A stretch of DNA of 64,000 nt from an uncultured virus (IMG/VR IMGVR_UViG_3300025613_000003) (lineage: Duplodnaviria > Heunggongvirae > Uroviricota > Caudoviricetes). Shown piece by piece: positions 29,293 through 39,014 of this stretch. The notes beneath the pieces are model-generated. The model searched no databases. It was not told where the DNA came from and worked only from the letters and a program-made list of their open reading frames with translations. The position numbers and the translations under genes are program-made. The stretch lies in the IMG/VR virus record IMGVR_UViG_3300025613_000003; one strand, written 5' to 3'. Positions within the stretch are counted from its first letter, which is position 1, and the number at the start of each line of letters is the position of its first letter.

Positions 29293-30120
29293 ATGAGCGG
29301 GTTTCGGGAGGCGAAACTTGGAGCCGCCATTGGTAAGAAAGGCATCGGCAAGACGTATCAAACCCTGCAGATGGCCATGCAATACGTCTTGGGCAGACCC
29401 GGGGTTCCGGGCCGGAAGTATCTGATATTTGACGTGAATGATGAATTCAGCCGGGTCAAGTCCATAAGCATTAACCGCATCAGGGACTTTTCAGCGCAGC
29501 AGGCACCGGAGATCAGAAGGGTGAGGATATTCCGGGAGGAGGATGGCGAACCCATGACCTTGGGTGAGATGCAGGACACCTTGGCCCGGATCCTGGTGGA
29601 TTACCGCGGCGGCGGCTTCCTCATCGAGGATCCAAGCCGTTACCTGGGCGATCACGTTGGCGTTGACATTGTCGGAGCCATTATTTCACAGCGTCACAAG
29701 GACTGCGACATCATGATCCACTTCCAAACCATTGGGAAGTTGGCGCATCCAAAGATTTGGGGTAACATCAACTACGTGAGGTTACACAAGACCGTGGACA
29801 CGGTGGAGCGGCATCGCAATAAGTTTGGCGGCGATGACGAACATCTGAGCATAGCCCAAACCCTTGTCAATCTCCGGTACGAAAGCGGAGATCATCGGTT
29901 TTTCTGCTACCTGGACGTGGACAAGTTGAAGATATACGGCAAGTTCAGCCGGGACCAATTCGTACAGGCCGTGGAGTACTACATCAACACCAAGTTCAAA
30001 CGCATCATTGGCCCGATGCTGACCTTTCACGACTTCAGCACGGGCAAGCGCAAGTACGATGTCAAGACCGCGGCACAGATCAAGATCGAGGAACTTGTGG
30101 AGAAGTACTACGGCAACTGA
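29293..30120 (+). CDS. FtsK/HerA-superfamily P-loop ATPase, candidate genome-packaging ATPase
   Basis: Walker A GKKGIGKT, LIFDVNDE, Walker B FLIED, QRH...HFQ arginine-finger/sensor pattern; 275 aa with no nuclease domain. Confidence 0.75.
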   Translation: MSGFREAKLGAAIGKKGIGKTYQTLQMAMQYVLGRPGVPGRKYLIFDVNDEFSRVKSISINRIRDFSAQQAPEIRRVRIFREEDGEPMTLGEMQDTLARILVDYRGGGFLIEDPSRYLGDHVGVDIVGAIISQRHKDCDIMIHFQTIGKLAHPKIWGNINYVRLHKTVDTVERHRNKFGGDDEHLSIAQTLVNLRYESGDHRFFCYLDVDKLKIYGKFSRDQFVQAVEYYINTKFKRIIGPMLTFHDFSTGKRKYDVKTAAQIKIEELVEKYYGN

Positions 30121-30121
30121 A

Positions 30122-30337
30122 TCAAAGCCTTGGCGTTGAAAACGCCTCTACCCAAAAGAAAAACACGGCCAAGGCCGGGGCAAGGACGAGGTTTAACCCG
30201 AGTTCGACTGCGAGAAGGCCAAGGCCGTAGGGACGATCATCTTCATCCCAACTGAGGTAGAACAGGAGCTTGTCAACGGCGATGGCGAGGCCGATGGTGA
30301 GGTAGATTAGGGTCGCAAGTACTAAAATCATTGTCAT
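30122..30337 (-). CDS. Two-TM membrane protein
   Basis: Two hydrophobic helices. Confidence 0.55.
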   Translation of the reverse strand: MTMILVLATLIYLTIGLAIAVDKLLFYLSWDEDDRPYGLGLLAVELGLNLVLAPALAVFFFWVEAFSTPRL

Positions 30338-30344
30338 AGCGGTT

Positions 30345-30614
30345 TTATCTCTTTGGCAAGAGCGTGATCAAGACCTGAGTACTGTCGGAATTGTATTCGA
30401 CCTGGACGCGGTCGGCGGCGGTCACGGCCTCCATGTTTTTGACCTTGTCCTCCAAGACCTTGACCTTCCACTCAGCCTCAGACTGCAGGAATTCGGTTTC
30501 GGCTTGGTTCTGTTTATCTTCTGTTTGAAGTTTGATAATGGCGTAGCCAAATATCATCAACGAAATCAAAACCATTACCGCAGCTCCACCGCCGCTTATT
30601 CTGTTTATCATCAC
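30345..30614 (-). CDS. Membrane-anchored coiled-coil protein
   Basis: N-terminal TM; packed in the reverse operon. Confidence 0.55.
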   Translation of the reverse strand: MMINRISGGGAAVMVLISLMIFGYAIIKLQTEDKQNQAETEFLQSEAEWKVKVLEDKVKNMEAVTAADRVQVEYNSDSTQVLITLLPKR

Positions 30615-31243
30615 GATACCTGGTTTGGGATTTGTGGAACAACGAACAAACAGCCTCGCCGCGCCCCCGCGGCTTGTTTGTTGTAGAAAAGAATTGGGTC
30701 GGGGCCGTAGATTTCCTCGACCAGGTTCTTAACCCAGGAATACTCATAGACGATGCCCTGATCGGGATATACGTCAAACCCCATGGTTTCGTCCTCGGGG
30801 TTCTTGAAGTCGTGAATCGCCAGCACGGGCTTGATCCCGCTGTTGCGAATCGCTTCCAGTTCTTTCAGCACCGGGTTTTCGTACCAATGTGCATCGAGAA
30901 AGATCAGGACGTTGCCGTGGAAATTGCGCTTGATCGAGTAGGTACCGACTGCGACAAAGCCCTCCAATACACGGGTCAGGCAATCGGCGCTACTGCCCTT
31001 GATTGCGGTCACGTTCTTTAACCCGGCGTTGAGAAAGCGGGACATGGCGATGGCGTAGAATTCGTCATTGACCTCGATGGTTGCGACCTGGTCGAAATTG
31101 CGGCAGAGCCATTCCGTTGTTTTGCCGTGATAGGTTCCGGTTTCGATCACGACCTTGATGTTATACAAGTCACGGAGATCACGAAAGTATTCCTCCATGA
31201 AGGTGTCCTCGTTAAAAGGACCGTTGTCGAATGCCATTGACAT
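30611..31243 (-). CDS. Class I SAM-dependent methyltransferase (small-molecule/glycan type)
   Basis: IETGTYHG, TIE, GSSAD, IFLDAH, IHD. Confidence 0.8.
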   Translation of the reverse strand: MSMAFDNGPFNEDTFMEEYFRDLRDLYNIKVVIETGTYHGKTTEWLCRNFDQVATIEVNDEFYAIAMSRFLNAGLKNVTAIKGSSADCLTRVLEGFVAVGTYSIKRNFHGNVLIFLDAHWYENPVLKELEAIRNSGIKPVLAIHDFKNPEDETMGFDVYPDQGIVYEYSWVKNLVEEIYGPDPILFYNKQAAGARRGCLFVVPQIPNQVS

Positions 31244-31268
31244 GGTTATAGGTTTTGGTTAAGGATTA

Positions 31269-31568
31269 TTAGTTGAGGCAATAAGCGGCGGATCGCCCCT
31301 TCATTCCCGCCCGTTGGTAATCATGATATTGGTAATAATGCACGATTCCGATTTCGTCCAAGGCGGCTCCGCGCTCGTCATAAAATTTAAGATATTGATA
31401 TGCTGATTCCCCAATCTCTTTCCTTTTCCAAGTCAAATCAGCATCAGCGTAATAGACAACGGCGATGAAAGCGCACATCGTTCTTGCCGCGGCCATCATG
31501 AGTTCATCGCCAAGGTTAAAGTATCCAAGGCAGGCGACAAGACCGGGGCGGGAGTTAATTGAGGTCAT
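31269..31568 (-). CDS. Hypothetical protein
   Basis: Packed ORF; GYFNLGDELM resembles a pyruvyltransferase N-terminus. Confidence 0.45.
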   Translation of the reverse strand: MTSINSRPGLVACLGYFNLGDELMMAAARTMCAFIAVVYYADADLTWKRKEIGESAYQYLKFYDERGAALDEIGIVHYYQYHDYQRAGMKGRSAAYCLN

Positions 31569-31830
31569 GGTGGATCACGATTTTGATTGGTTTACGCAAA
31601 AGACCTTCGCCGGGTTTCAAATAAAGGATATTTCTGTTTCCGTATCTATCGGGTAGGACAAAGACGTTGACCTTGTAGATGACGCGGTAAAGCCCGTTGG
31701 AATCCCTTCGCTTTCCATCCACAACACTGGTAACGGCATTGGTCATGGCGTCCTCCCCGAATTCAAACGGTGTGATTTGGTGTAGGTCAAACACATCGTG
31801 ATAGGCTTGGATATGGACGGGGTTCTGCAT
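31555..31830 (-). CDS. Hypothetical protein
   Basis: Packed ATG ORF. Confidence 0.5.
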   Translation of the reverse strand: MQNPVHIQAYHDVFDLHQITPFEFGEDAMTNAVTSVVDGKRRDSNGLYRVIYKVNVFVLPDRYGNRNILYLKPGEGLLRKPIKIVIHHDLN

Positions 31831-31851
31831 AGTCTGGGACAGGACAAAAAT

Positions 31852-31881
31852 AAGGGGGTCGGAACCGTTTCCGACCCCCTT
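31852..31881 (-). terminator. Intrinsic terminator-like hairpin
   Basis: aagggggtcggaa-ccgt-ttccgaccccctt; T-run on the minus strand downstream of the 961-aa gene. Confidence 0.7.
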
Positions 31882-31899
31882 TGCTTGAAATATACCGGA

Positions 31900-34785
31900 C
31901 TAGACGTTGACCCAGTTCCCGCCCGGGAAGTGGGCATGGTATTGTTGCACAACGTATTCTAAGCCCAGGTTCGCATCGGCGTTGGTAAGGATTTGCGCCG
32001 GCACCATGTATAAGTTGAGGCCATCGTTTTGGCCGATGACGCGGTAGCCGTGCCGAATCGCTAGTTTACAGAACGCTGAAAACGAAGCACCGTAGTAGTC
32101 GTTGTTTCTCCAGACGTGATCGGGATTGTACGCGATGGTGACGGCTCGGTCCTGGGTTATGGTGCCGTTGAATTCGGCGATGATGATCTGGGGTCGGTAG
32201 CCACCGCCAAGGATCCGGTCCAGCACCCAATAGTCGTTGCCGTCGATGTCGATACTGAGCAGATCGAATTCCTTGGGAACTTCATACTTGGCAAAGAGGT
32301 TGCAGATGTTGTCGGCGGTGATATGCTCGGCTTTGACTTCGGCATTGCCCTTGTTGTCGCCGTCCATGAGCAGACCCCGCCAACCCTGCTCGATCAGGAA
32401 CCGGGTGTTGGAGAGGTGGAATCCGTCACCGGCTCCGAAGTCAACCAGGTAATGCGACTTGGCTCCAATGATTTCGATCAGGGTGTGGAGTATGCCCTCC
32501 TCTCCGCTTTGGCTGTATTTCTTCCACCGCGGCGCGGTCTTGATCGCGCTAGCGAGTTGTACGGGATTGAATCGGGTCGAGTTCATTTCCTCTTTTTTCA
32601 GCGGCATCCGGCTAAAGACCTGGAGTAGCATTTGCCGTACCCGCTTTTTCCAGGTGTGATTGTGATTCACCGAAAAAAAGTTTTGATATGCCCTTTGTTC
32701 CATATAGTCCCGGTATTGAGTCATATTCTGCCAATCCGGGTAAGGCATGAGCATGTAGCCATGGCTCACAACCTCGGTATCGTCAAGGGCTTCAATGAAC
32801 TGCATCAGGTTCCGTAACTGTTCCCTTAAAAAATCAACACTTCGGAACCCCGTTACCCAACCGCCAATCCAATCCTCGGCCATGCCGTCATAAAAACTGG
32901 TGTAGATAAGCGGAACCCCGGACGCTGCCGCAATCATAAGCCTGTCCGAGGTATAGCCTTCGCGGTGGAAATGGTTATGGCAGATGGCGATGTCAACGTC
33001 TTGGTAGAAACTGGTTTGATCCTGGTAGGGAATAACCGAAACATTGGCATTGGCGATGTCTTTCCAACCGTTTCCCGCCAACTTCAGGGGATTGAGAAGA
33101 TGTGGATATTCGGCCACGAAATCGGAAAGCATTTTCACTAGTTCGACCCTTTCCCGGCTCTGGGGAAAGCCGTCACCCTCGGGTAAGTCCACCTCCGTAC
33201 CGGTATAGTTGTGGCCAATCATGCCGATTGTGATCTTGTCGGATTTGCGCCGGCGATTGTATTTCGGGGACGGGAATGGTGCGGAGAAAAGGGCGGGATC
33301 GAAAGCGACTTGGAGGTAATCGCTCATGCCCGGAAATTCCTGATCGATGGCGCGAACATCGTCCATGTTGTTAAACAGGCAGATGCAGCCACGTCCGGCG
33401 AGCATGCGGTAGAACGAGAGATCGGAACGGACGTCACCGCTCCAATGCACAACCCGTGTCGTTGCCGCAATTTCCGAAACGGTTTCGGGCAGGATCACGC
33501 CCGGTCCCTGAATCTGCATGAACACAAGCGCGGGTTGATACAGACGGACGTGGGAAAGTATGGCGTCATTGAGCCTTGCCACGGCGTTACGGTCGGTGAG
33601 GAAAGCATGCCAGTCGATTTCGGTTACGCTGAAACCAAGTTCGGTAAAGGCGGAGCTGATTGGATTTGCATGTCCTTGCGGGTAGCTTGCGTTATTGGCG
33701 ATGTGGAGTACGCGGCAGCGGTGGCCTCGGTAGTCGTTGCCGAAGATTGCGGCAAGTCCGATGTCAATCGCTGCGGTTTCGGCCTTGGCGACCACTTCCT
33801 TTTCCTCAGCCTTTTGACCCTGATCGGTTTCATTCCCCGGCTCAGGTGCGGGTGCGCCCCCGACCGGTACCGGATCGGGATCTGGCTTGGCCTCGGCTGC
33901 AATGTCGTTGGCTGCGGCGGCTACGGGTTTTGACCGCTGCCGGTTCTCAATGATGGAGCGGATGACGTTGTTATCGTTCGGGAATTCGTTGATGCGATTT
34001 CGTAGATACTCTTTTACGTCATGGTCTTGTACTTCTCCATACCATAGAAAAATATGTCGGCGAAAACATTCCAAAACGAATCTGGATGAAGCCTTTGTGG
34101 TTGAGGCATCGTATATGCTGTCGCTGACAGCGTCCTTGTCAAAGTGCAGCCACAGCGATTCCGGCTCAACCAATTTGTACGGAGGCTCTATCCGGTCCTG
34201 GCCGGTATAGGTTCTGGCCTCGCTGTAATGTAGATGATAAATCGGAAGCTCGGCGGCGCAGTTGTAGAGGCGGTATCCGCGAAGGCTGAGTTCGTAACAG
34301 AATTTGTTGTCACAGCCGGGTACGCCCGGGGTGTAGTCAAACAGCGACCCCGGTTCAGGCACCGGGCCAAAGAATACCCAGGCGTCTTGTGAATCGGGGC
34401 GGTGAAAGGGTTGGGGATTGGTTACGCCATCGTATCGGCTCAGGGCGAAGGCGACCTTGTGCATGTCCTGGCCGTATTTCTTATACAGTCGGGACAAATA
34501 CACAATGGTCATGGGCGCAATCACGATGTCGCTGTTGCAGATGATGGTGATTTCCCCGTCTTGGCCGGGGCGGTGATTGACCAGGTCGGCGAACCGGATC
34601 CGGTTCGCGCCCTCAATCCAATGGCACTGAACCGTTGTGGACGGCATGTGCAGCATCACCGCCAAGTCATTGACGTAGTCGGCAACGTCTTGGTTAAGGG
34701 CCTGAGCGGTTTTGACCTCAAATCTTCGGATTAGGTTCTCGGGGACGTAGTTCTCGGCCACGATGTTGACGCTTATGTTTTCCAT
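31900..34785 (-). CDS. Multidomain glycosyltransferase / CgeB-like GT / FkbM-like methyltransferase fusion
   Basis: N-terminal CNSDI...DSQDAW...GCDN; central WSGDVR, SDRL; C-terminal YSQSGEEG, DFGAGDG, LSIDIDGNDYW. Confidence 0.75.
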   Translation of the reverse strand: MENISVNIVAENYVPENLIRRFEVKTAQALNQDVADYVNDLAVMLHMPSTTVQCHWIEGANRIRFADLVNHRPGQDGEITIICNSDIVIAPMTIVYLSRLYKKYGQDMHKVAFALSRYDGVTNPQPFHRPDSQDAWVFFGPVPEPGSLFDYTPGVPGCDNKFCYELSLRGYRLYNCAAELPIYHLHYSEARTYTGQDRIEPPYKLVEPESLWLHFDKDAVSDSIYDASTTKASSRFVLECFRRHIFLWYGEVQDHDVKEYLRNRINEFPNDNNVIRSIIENRQRSKPVAAAANDIAAEAKPDPDPVPVGGAPAPEPGNETDQGQKAEEKEVVAKAETAAIDIGLAAIFGNDYRGHRCRVLHIANNASYPQGHANPISSAFTELGFSVTEIDWHAFLTDRNAVARLNDAILSHVRLYQPALVFMQIQGPGVILPETVSEIAATTRVVHWSGDVRSDLSFYRMLAGRGCICLFNNMDDVRAIDQEFPGMSDYLQVAFDPALFSAPFPSPKYNRRRKSDKITIGMIGHNYTGTEVDLPEGDGFPQSRERVELVKMLSDFVAEYPHLLNPLKLAGNGWKDIANANVSVIPYQDQTSFYQDVDIAICHNHFHREGYTSDRLMIAAASGVPLIYTSFYDGMAEDWIGGWVTGFRSVDFLREQLRNLMQFIEALDDTEVVSHGYMLMPYPDWQNMTQYRDYMEQRAYQNFFSVNHNHTWKKRVRQMLLQVFSRMPLKKEEMNSTRFNPVQLASAIKTAPRWKKYSQSGEEGILHTLIEIIGAKSHYLVDFGAGDGFHLSNTRFLIEQGWRGLLMDGDNKGNAEVKAEHITADNICNLFAKYEVPKEFDLLSIDIDGNDYWVLDRILGGGYRPQIIIAEFNGTITQDRAVTIAYNPDHVWRNNDYYGASFSAFCKLAIRHGYRVIGQNDGLNLYMVPAQILTNADANLGLEYVVQQYHAHFPGGNWVNV

Positions 34786-34800
34786 ATCGGTTTCGGGATT

Positions 34801-35427
34801 TTAGGGTTTCATTTTTTTCAAACCGTCAACGATGGCTTTGATAGCCTTGTAGGTTTCGTTCTTGATCTCCTGATCTCGAACATCGGTTTGGGGATAGGAT
34901 AAGAGTATGAGTTGTAGTTGTTGGCTGTGGCCGGGATACTTCTTGACCATTTCCGAAGCCGACTTCAGCATGGCGTCCCAACCCGCATTTGCCTCGGCGC
35001 TGTCGGCTTCAAAGATGGGTTCGTACATGGTGATGCGGTCGCGGTAGTTCTGGATCATGTACTCCGCGTTTTTGAGATGCTGCCGGTCCTGGTGCCACTC
35101 AAACAATAGCGAAAATACTTCGGTGACGTGTCCGCGTTCAATAACCTTAATCAAGTCCATGTCGGGGAAAAGAGGCGCGGACAAGTCCTCTTGTTTTGCA
35201 AACTGCGACAGAGCCGATTCAAAACTAAAGCCGGGCCTTGTGGTGATAAACTTCGCCATGGCTTGTAATTTCATATCAGCAACTTTTATCTTTTCCCGGA
35301 GAAGGCCATAATAGATGGTCCAGTACTCAAGGGTACGTTTCAGTTCTTGTCGTGGCAGTGTCACCTTCGGCCCGGCGCTGTTATTCTTTTCCGGTGCCGG
35401 TTCGGGATTTTTGTTTACGATTTCCAT
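34801..35427 (-). CDS. Hypothetical helical protein
   Basis: 208-aa ATG ORF in operon. Confidence 0.6.
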   Translation of the reverse strand: MEIVNKNPEPAPEKNNSAGPKVTLPRQELKRTLEYWTIYYGLLREKIKVADMKLQAMAKFITTRPGFSFESALSQFAKQEDLSAPLFPDMDLIKVIERGHVTEVFSLLFEWHQDRQHLKNAEYMIQNYRDRITMYEPIFEADSAEANAGWDAMLKSASEMVKKYPGHSQQLQLILLSYPQTDVRDQEIKNETYKAIKAIVDGLKKMKP

Positions 35428-35446
35428 GGCTTTGATTGGTTTGGTT

Positions 35447-36073
35447 TTAGTAATCGGTTATTTTCGGTATGTGGCCAACGATATAGCCGCAGCCGTAGAT
35501 TTTGTCATAGCGGTTGCTGACTTGTTGAAGTCGTTGAATGAAATCGAAGTCGTGTCCGTAGCCGTCACAGCCCCGCCAGGTCAGGCCCGGTAGGTTATTG
35601 ACGTGGGCGATGTTGGAGGTGCCGCAACTGCCTTTGAAAAGGGCGGCGTTTCGGAGCTGGCTTTGGCTCGGCCCGGTCAGGATCCTGTCGTTGAAATAGC
35701 ACCAGTCAAGACCGAGTTCGTCAATTTTGGAACAGATATTGGACAGATGATTGGGCAGGATATAGTCATCGGCATCGAGATAGGCGATTATCGCCCCCTC
35801 GGCTACGTCAAGGCCGCGGCTTCTGACCTCGCCGCTGAACAATGGCTGCTTGTCGATTTCGTAGAGATAGATTTCGACATGACGATCCCACTTCTTCTCC
35901 CGACAAATCCGGTTCGTGATCTCGCAGCCATCGCTGACAATCACCAACTGTTTAAGGGCGTGATCATTTTTCAGGAATGAATTCACGGCGCGGACGAATT
36001 TTTTCTCCGCGTCTTTTGCCCTGTCCGGGTAGTGACCAAGGAACGAGGGCATGATGACGGATACAAATTTCAT
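35447..36073 (-). CDS. Glycosyltransferase family 2
   Basis: VSVIMPS, IVSDG, IAYLDADD. Confidence 0.85.
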   Translation of the reverse strand: MKFVSVIMPSFLGHYPDRAKDAEKKFVRAVNSFLKNDHALKQLVIVSDGCEITNRICREKKWDRHVEIYLYEIDKQPLFSGEVRSRGLDVAEGAIIAYLDADDYILPNHLSNICSKIDELGLDWCYFNDRILTGPSQSQLRNAALFKGSCGTSNIAHVNNLPGLTWRGCDGYGHDFDFIQRLQQVSNRYDKIYGCGYIVGHIPKITDY

Positions 36074-36774
36074 TTGCGGTATTTCCAGAACGGACGGTTT
36101 TCGTGATGGCAGATTCGGGAGGTATCGACCCAGACCTCCTGGCCACGGTTCATTAAGTCCTGGGCGAAGAATGTGTCGGGGTGGGCGTCAACGCCGGGTA
36201 CGTATCGGAACCGGAACTTGTTGAAAAGGGAGCGGTGGATGAGTACGCAACCAAGTCCGGCATGAAACGCAGGCTTTACCGAGCCATCCATCCACGCCAC
36301 TGCATCCAGTCCGAGATTGACAACGTTCTTGACGTATTCGTTGTCGTTGACTTCCTGTACCTGGATCATGATCTCGCTTGAGCGTCCCTGTCCTATGAAG
36401 TACGGCAAGGCCGCAACGCTTCGGCGCATGCAGATCAGGTCAATGACCGCGGTTGCGGGTGGAAACACATCGGTTTCCAGATGCAGGAGGTAATCGAATT
36501 TGTTGGATATGGCATAATCCAGGCAGCGGTTGTGGCTAACGGCCATGCGCTGGACAATGCTTGATCTACCGATTTTGGGCCTGACCCATTCCACGTCAAG
36601 ACCCATGGCCCTGATCTTGCGGCTGTAATGATTTTTTTCGCTGTTGTCGGCAAGGAAAAGGCCGAGGCGTTTTTTCGGGTATGCGAGGTTGATAACGTTC
36701 TGAAGCCAAGCCTCAAAACAGTAGTCTTTGACATCGGCGGTCGGGGCCGCGATCAGGACCTTGGGATAGTACAT
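36070..36774 (-). CDS. GT-A fold glycosyltransferase
   Basis: VLIAAP, DYLLHLETDV, GLGCVLI, D.FF, VWVDT. Confidence 0.8.
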   Translation of the reverse strand: MYYPKVLIAAPTADVKDYCFEAWLQNVINLAYPKKRLGLFLADNSEKNHYSRKIRAMGLDVEWVRPKIGRSSIVQRMAVSHNRCLDYAISNKFDYLLHLETDVFPPATAVIDLICMRRSVAALPYFIGQGRSSEIMIQVQEVNDNEYVKNVVNLGLDAVAWMDGSVKPAFHAGLGCVLIHRSLFNKFRFRYVPGVDAHPDTFFAQDLMNRGQEVWVDTSRICHHENRPFWKYRK

Positions 36775-36932
36775 CGGGTTATTTTCAGCAAATTAAGGCT
36801 TTAATTGTAACAAGCCCAAATAGTGTTTTTTCAGAGGGGAAATAGTTTTAAACCGGTTTTTTCGTTACAAAACCGGCCTTGCCTTCGCGTCCCTGCCATG
36901 TTATCATTGCCGTCACAAACAAACTCATTCTC

Positions 36933-37034
36933 ATGAAAGCGAAGGAACTCCTCATCATGTTCGGGGTCGGTGTAGCCGGCACTATGGTTGCCCTCTACGT
37001 CCACGACAAATACGTAGCTCCGAAGATGAAGTGA
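36933..37034 (+). CDS. 33-aa single-TM protein preceding the capsid-like gene (not in ORF track)
   Basis: MKAKELLIMFGVGVAGTMVALYVHDKYVAPKMK. Confidence 0.6.
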   Translation: MKAKELLIMFGVGVAGTMVALYVHDKYVAPKMK

Positions 37035-37078
37035 TCGTCCCCGTCAGGGACTAATCGTTTCTCAACCCATCTCAAGCC

Positions 37079-37867
37079 ATGAACAAGGGAAAATCTCAAC
37101 TCGGCGTATCCGCGTTCCTCGACAAGTACGAGAACAGCGAACGCTTTTCCGGTATGGACGGCCAGTACTATGGCACGTTCGAGGGCGAAGGCGTAAATCC
37201 TTTCACCCCGGAAGACCTCACCGCCGCCGATGGCATCGCCACCGGCACCCAGGGCGGTCGTGTACCGGTTTCCAAACCGTACATCCTCCAGGTGTATAAC
37301 ACCACCGGAGCTGACGCAACCTGCATCCTGTTCGGTTACAACGATTACAGCCTCACCACGAACTTCGGTTCTGCGGCGGGTATTGTCGTGACCGTGACCA
37401 GCGGCGGCAGCTACAACCGCTTGCTGGCTCAGAGCCAGAACAAGCCGTTTGAAATCGGTCTGTATCGCTGGAGCTGCGGCATCACCGCACAGCTCGATGT
37501 CGTGTTGACGATCAACTACGTTGACGCCAACGGACGCACGGCTTCCGATCCCGTTGCCCTGAGCAACTACAAGGACGCCTACCAGCAGCAGTCGGGAATT
37601 CTCGACATCTGGTACAGCACCAAGATCGATGGCAACACCTACCTGTCGTTCACGGTCCTGGCCGCAACGAACAGCTCGAACCGGTTGACGCTGTCGCTGT
37701 TCCCGAAAATGATCAGCGATCAGGCAAACCGTTTGGTTGCCGGCGGTGGCCCGACCAAGCAATTCACCACGCCTCGTCTGAGTGGCCGGAACGTTCCGAT
37801 CGTTCAGATCAACCGCGGCGGTGTCGGCGTGTCAACCCCGCAAGGGTTTGGCAAAGTCGTGGGCTGA
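37079..37867 (+). CDS. Candidate major capsid protein (jelly-roll-like, beta-rich)
   Basis: First large gene of the virion operon; strongly C-ending codons; strong hairpin directly downstream; alternating beta-strand pattern; paralogue at 42116. Confidence 0.55.
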   Translation: MNKGKSQLGVSAFLDKYENSERFSGMDGQYYGTFEGEGVNPFTPEDLTAADGIATGTQGGRVPVSKPYILQVYNTTGADATCILFGYNDYSLTTNFGSAAGIVVTVTSGGSYNRLLAQSQNKPFEIGLYRWSCGITAQLDVVLTINYVDANGRTASDPVALSNYKDAYQQQSGILDIWYSTKIDGNTYLSFTVLAATNSSNRLTLSLFPKMISDQANRLVAGGGPTKQFTTPRLSGRNVPIVQINRGGVGVSTPQGFGKVVG

Positions 37868-37884
37868 TCCAATCAGGTCCAAAC

Positions 37885-37920
37885 CAAAAGGGCAGGCGGT
37901 ACCAACTGCCTGCCCTTTTG
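37885..37920 (+). terminator. Intrinsic terminator/attenuator after the capsid-like gene
   Basis: caaaagggcaggcggt-acca-actgcctgcccttttg. Confidence 0.75.
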
Positions 37921-37935
37921 TCTTAAAACACAGCT

Positions 37936-38412
37936 ATGAAGATCCCGCTCAGTTCGATAATCGCCTTCAACAATCCCGAGGGCGCAATCAAGGTTTTGCA
38001 AGCCTACGGTTACGAAGTCGAAACCGATGACCCGCACTACCTTCAGCGCGGCCTTTCCCATCTGCTTCAGACCTTCGGCGAATCCGGCCTCAGCGACCTG
38101 GCCAAGGTTCATCCCGACCGGGAACTCATCACCCGCGTCAATGACGTCACGGCCAATGCCGGCGAGAACAAGAGCAACGCCTGTGGTTGTAGCGGCTTCA
38201 GCAGTTGTGACGGCTGTGGCGGTGGCTGTGGCGGGAGCAACTTCCACGGGCCGTGGAACCGCTGCCCTGGTCAGAGCCGAGCCGGCCTGATTCAGTACGA
38301 TGTCTATGGCTTTACCGGAAAGCAGAGCCAAGGCGATGGCTACGGAATCCTGTTGCTTGGCGGTATCGCCCTGGCGTTCGGCCTTATGTTTATCAAGGAG
38401 GCGAATCCATGA
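37936..38412 (+). CDS. Putative virion membrane protein, Cys-rich linker, C-terminal TM
   Basis: HPDRELI, CGCSGFSSCDGC, ILLLGGIALAFGLMFIK. Confidence 0.65.
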   Translation: MKIPLSSIIAFNNPEGAIKVLQAYGYEVETDDPHYLQRGLSHLLQTFGESGLSDLAKVHPDRELITRVNDVTANAGENKSNACGCSGFSSCDGCGGGCGGSNFHGPWNRCPGQSRAGLIQYDVYGFTGKQSQGDGYGILLLGGIALAFGLMFIKEANP

Positions 38413-39014
38413 TCATTGTAGAGCAGGACTTCTTCACCAACATCACCGGCACAGGCTTCGGCCAGAACCCGGAACAGGATCGTATGGTCGTGCTTCACCG
38501 CATCGCCAAACTGATCGCGACCAATCGCGCCGGCGTAATCGAGGCGATTCGGGCCAGTGGTGTTGCGATTCCGCACCGCGCCACCGACAAGGTCATTGTC
38601 AACAAGATCGTTGACAACATCGCCACAAATCAGCGCATGGTCACGGCCATTTCCTACTTGATTGCCCAAGACGACAACCTCTTGATTGACGGTCCACAAT
38701 TCTATGCCACAGAGGGCGGTGGTGATCAGGAGAAAAGTGGTTCTGGTGGCGGGGTTTCAATTATGGATCCTATTTCCACCGTTGTGTCTGGAATAGGAAC
38801 AGCAATAAATGGAATTTTCGGAGCCAAGGCGGCGAAGGAAAACAGAAAGGCACAAGAGGATAGAAACCGAACCGAACTTTTGTTAGCGATTCTCGCCAAC
38901 AAAGGCGGGGCAGGCAAGTCGGACAAAACCGCAACTGTGGTTTTGATTGTGCTTGGCGTAGTCACCGCCGCTGTAATTGGTTATATCGCGTATCAAAACC
39001 GAGATCAGAAATGA
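38409..39014 (+). CDS. Putative virion membrane protein, C-terminal TM
   Basis: VVLIVLGVVTAAVIGYIAY plus polar tail. Confidence 0.65.
   Translation: MIIVEQDFFTNITGTGFGQNPEQDRMVVLHRIAKLIATNRAGVIEAIRASGVAIPHRATDKVIVNKIVDNIATNQRMVTAISYLIAQDDNLLIDGPQFYATEGGGDQEKSGSGGGVSIMDPISTVVSGIGTAINGIFGAKAAKENRKAQEDRNRTELLLAILANKGGAGKSDKTATVVLIVLGVVTAAVIGYIAYQNRDQK

Noticed and set aside
29293..30120. Terminase large subunit
   Set aside because: Too short, no nuclease domain, and motifs fit the FtsK/HerA type.
36995..37762. 255-aa antisense ORF and similar long antisense ORFs (17206, 33211, 52936, 61108)
   Set aside because: Shadows of codon-biased genes on the opposite strand; no motifs.
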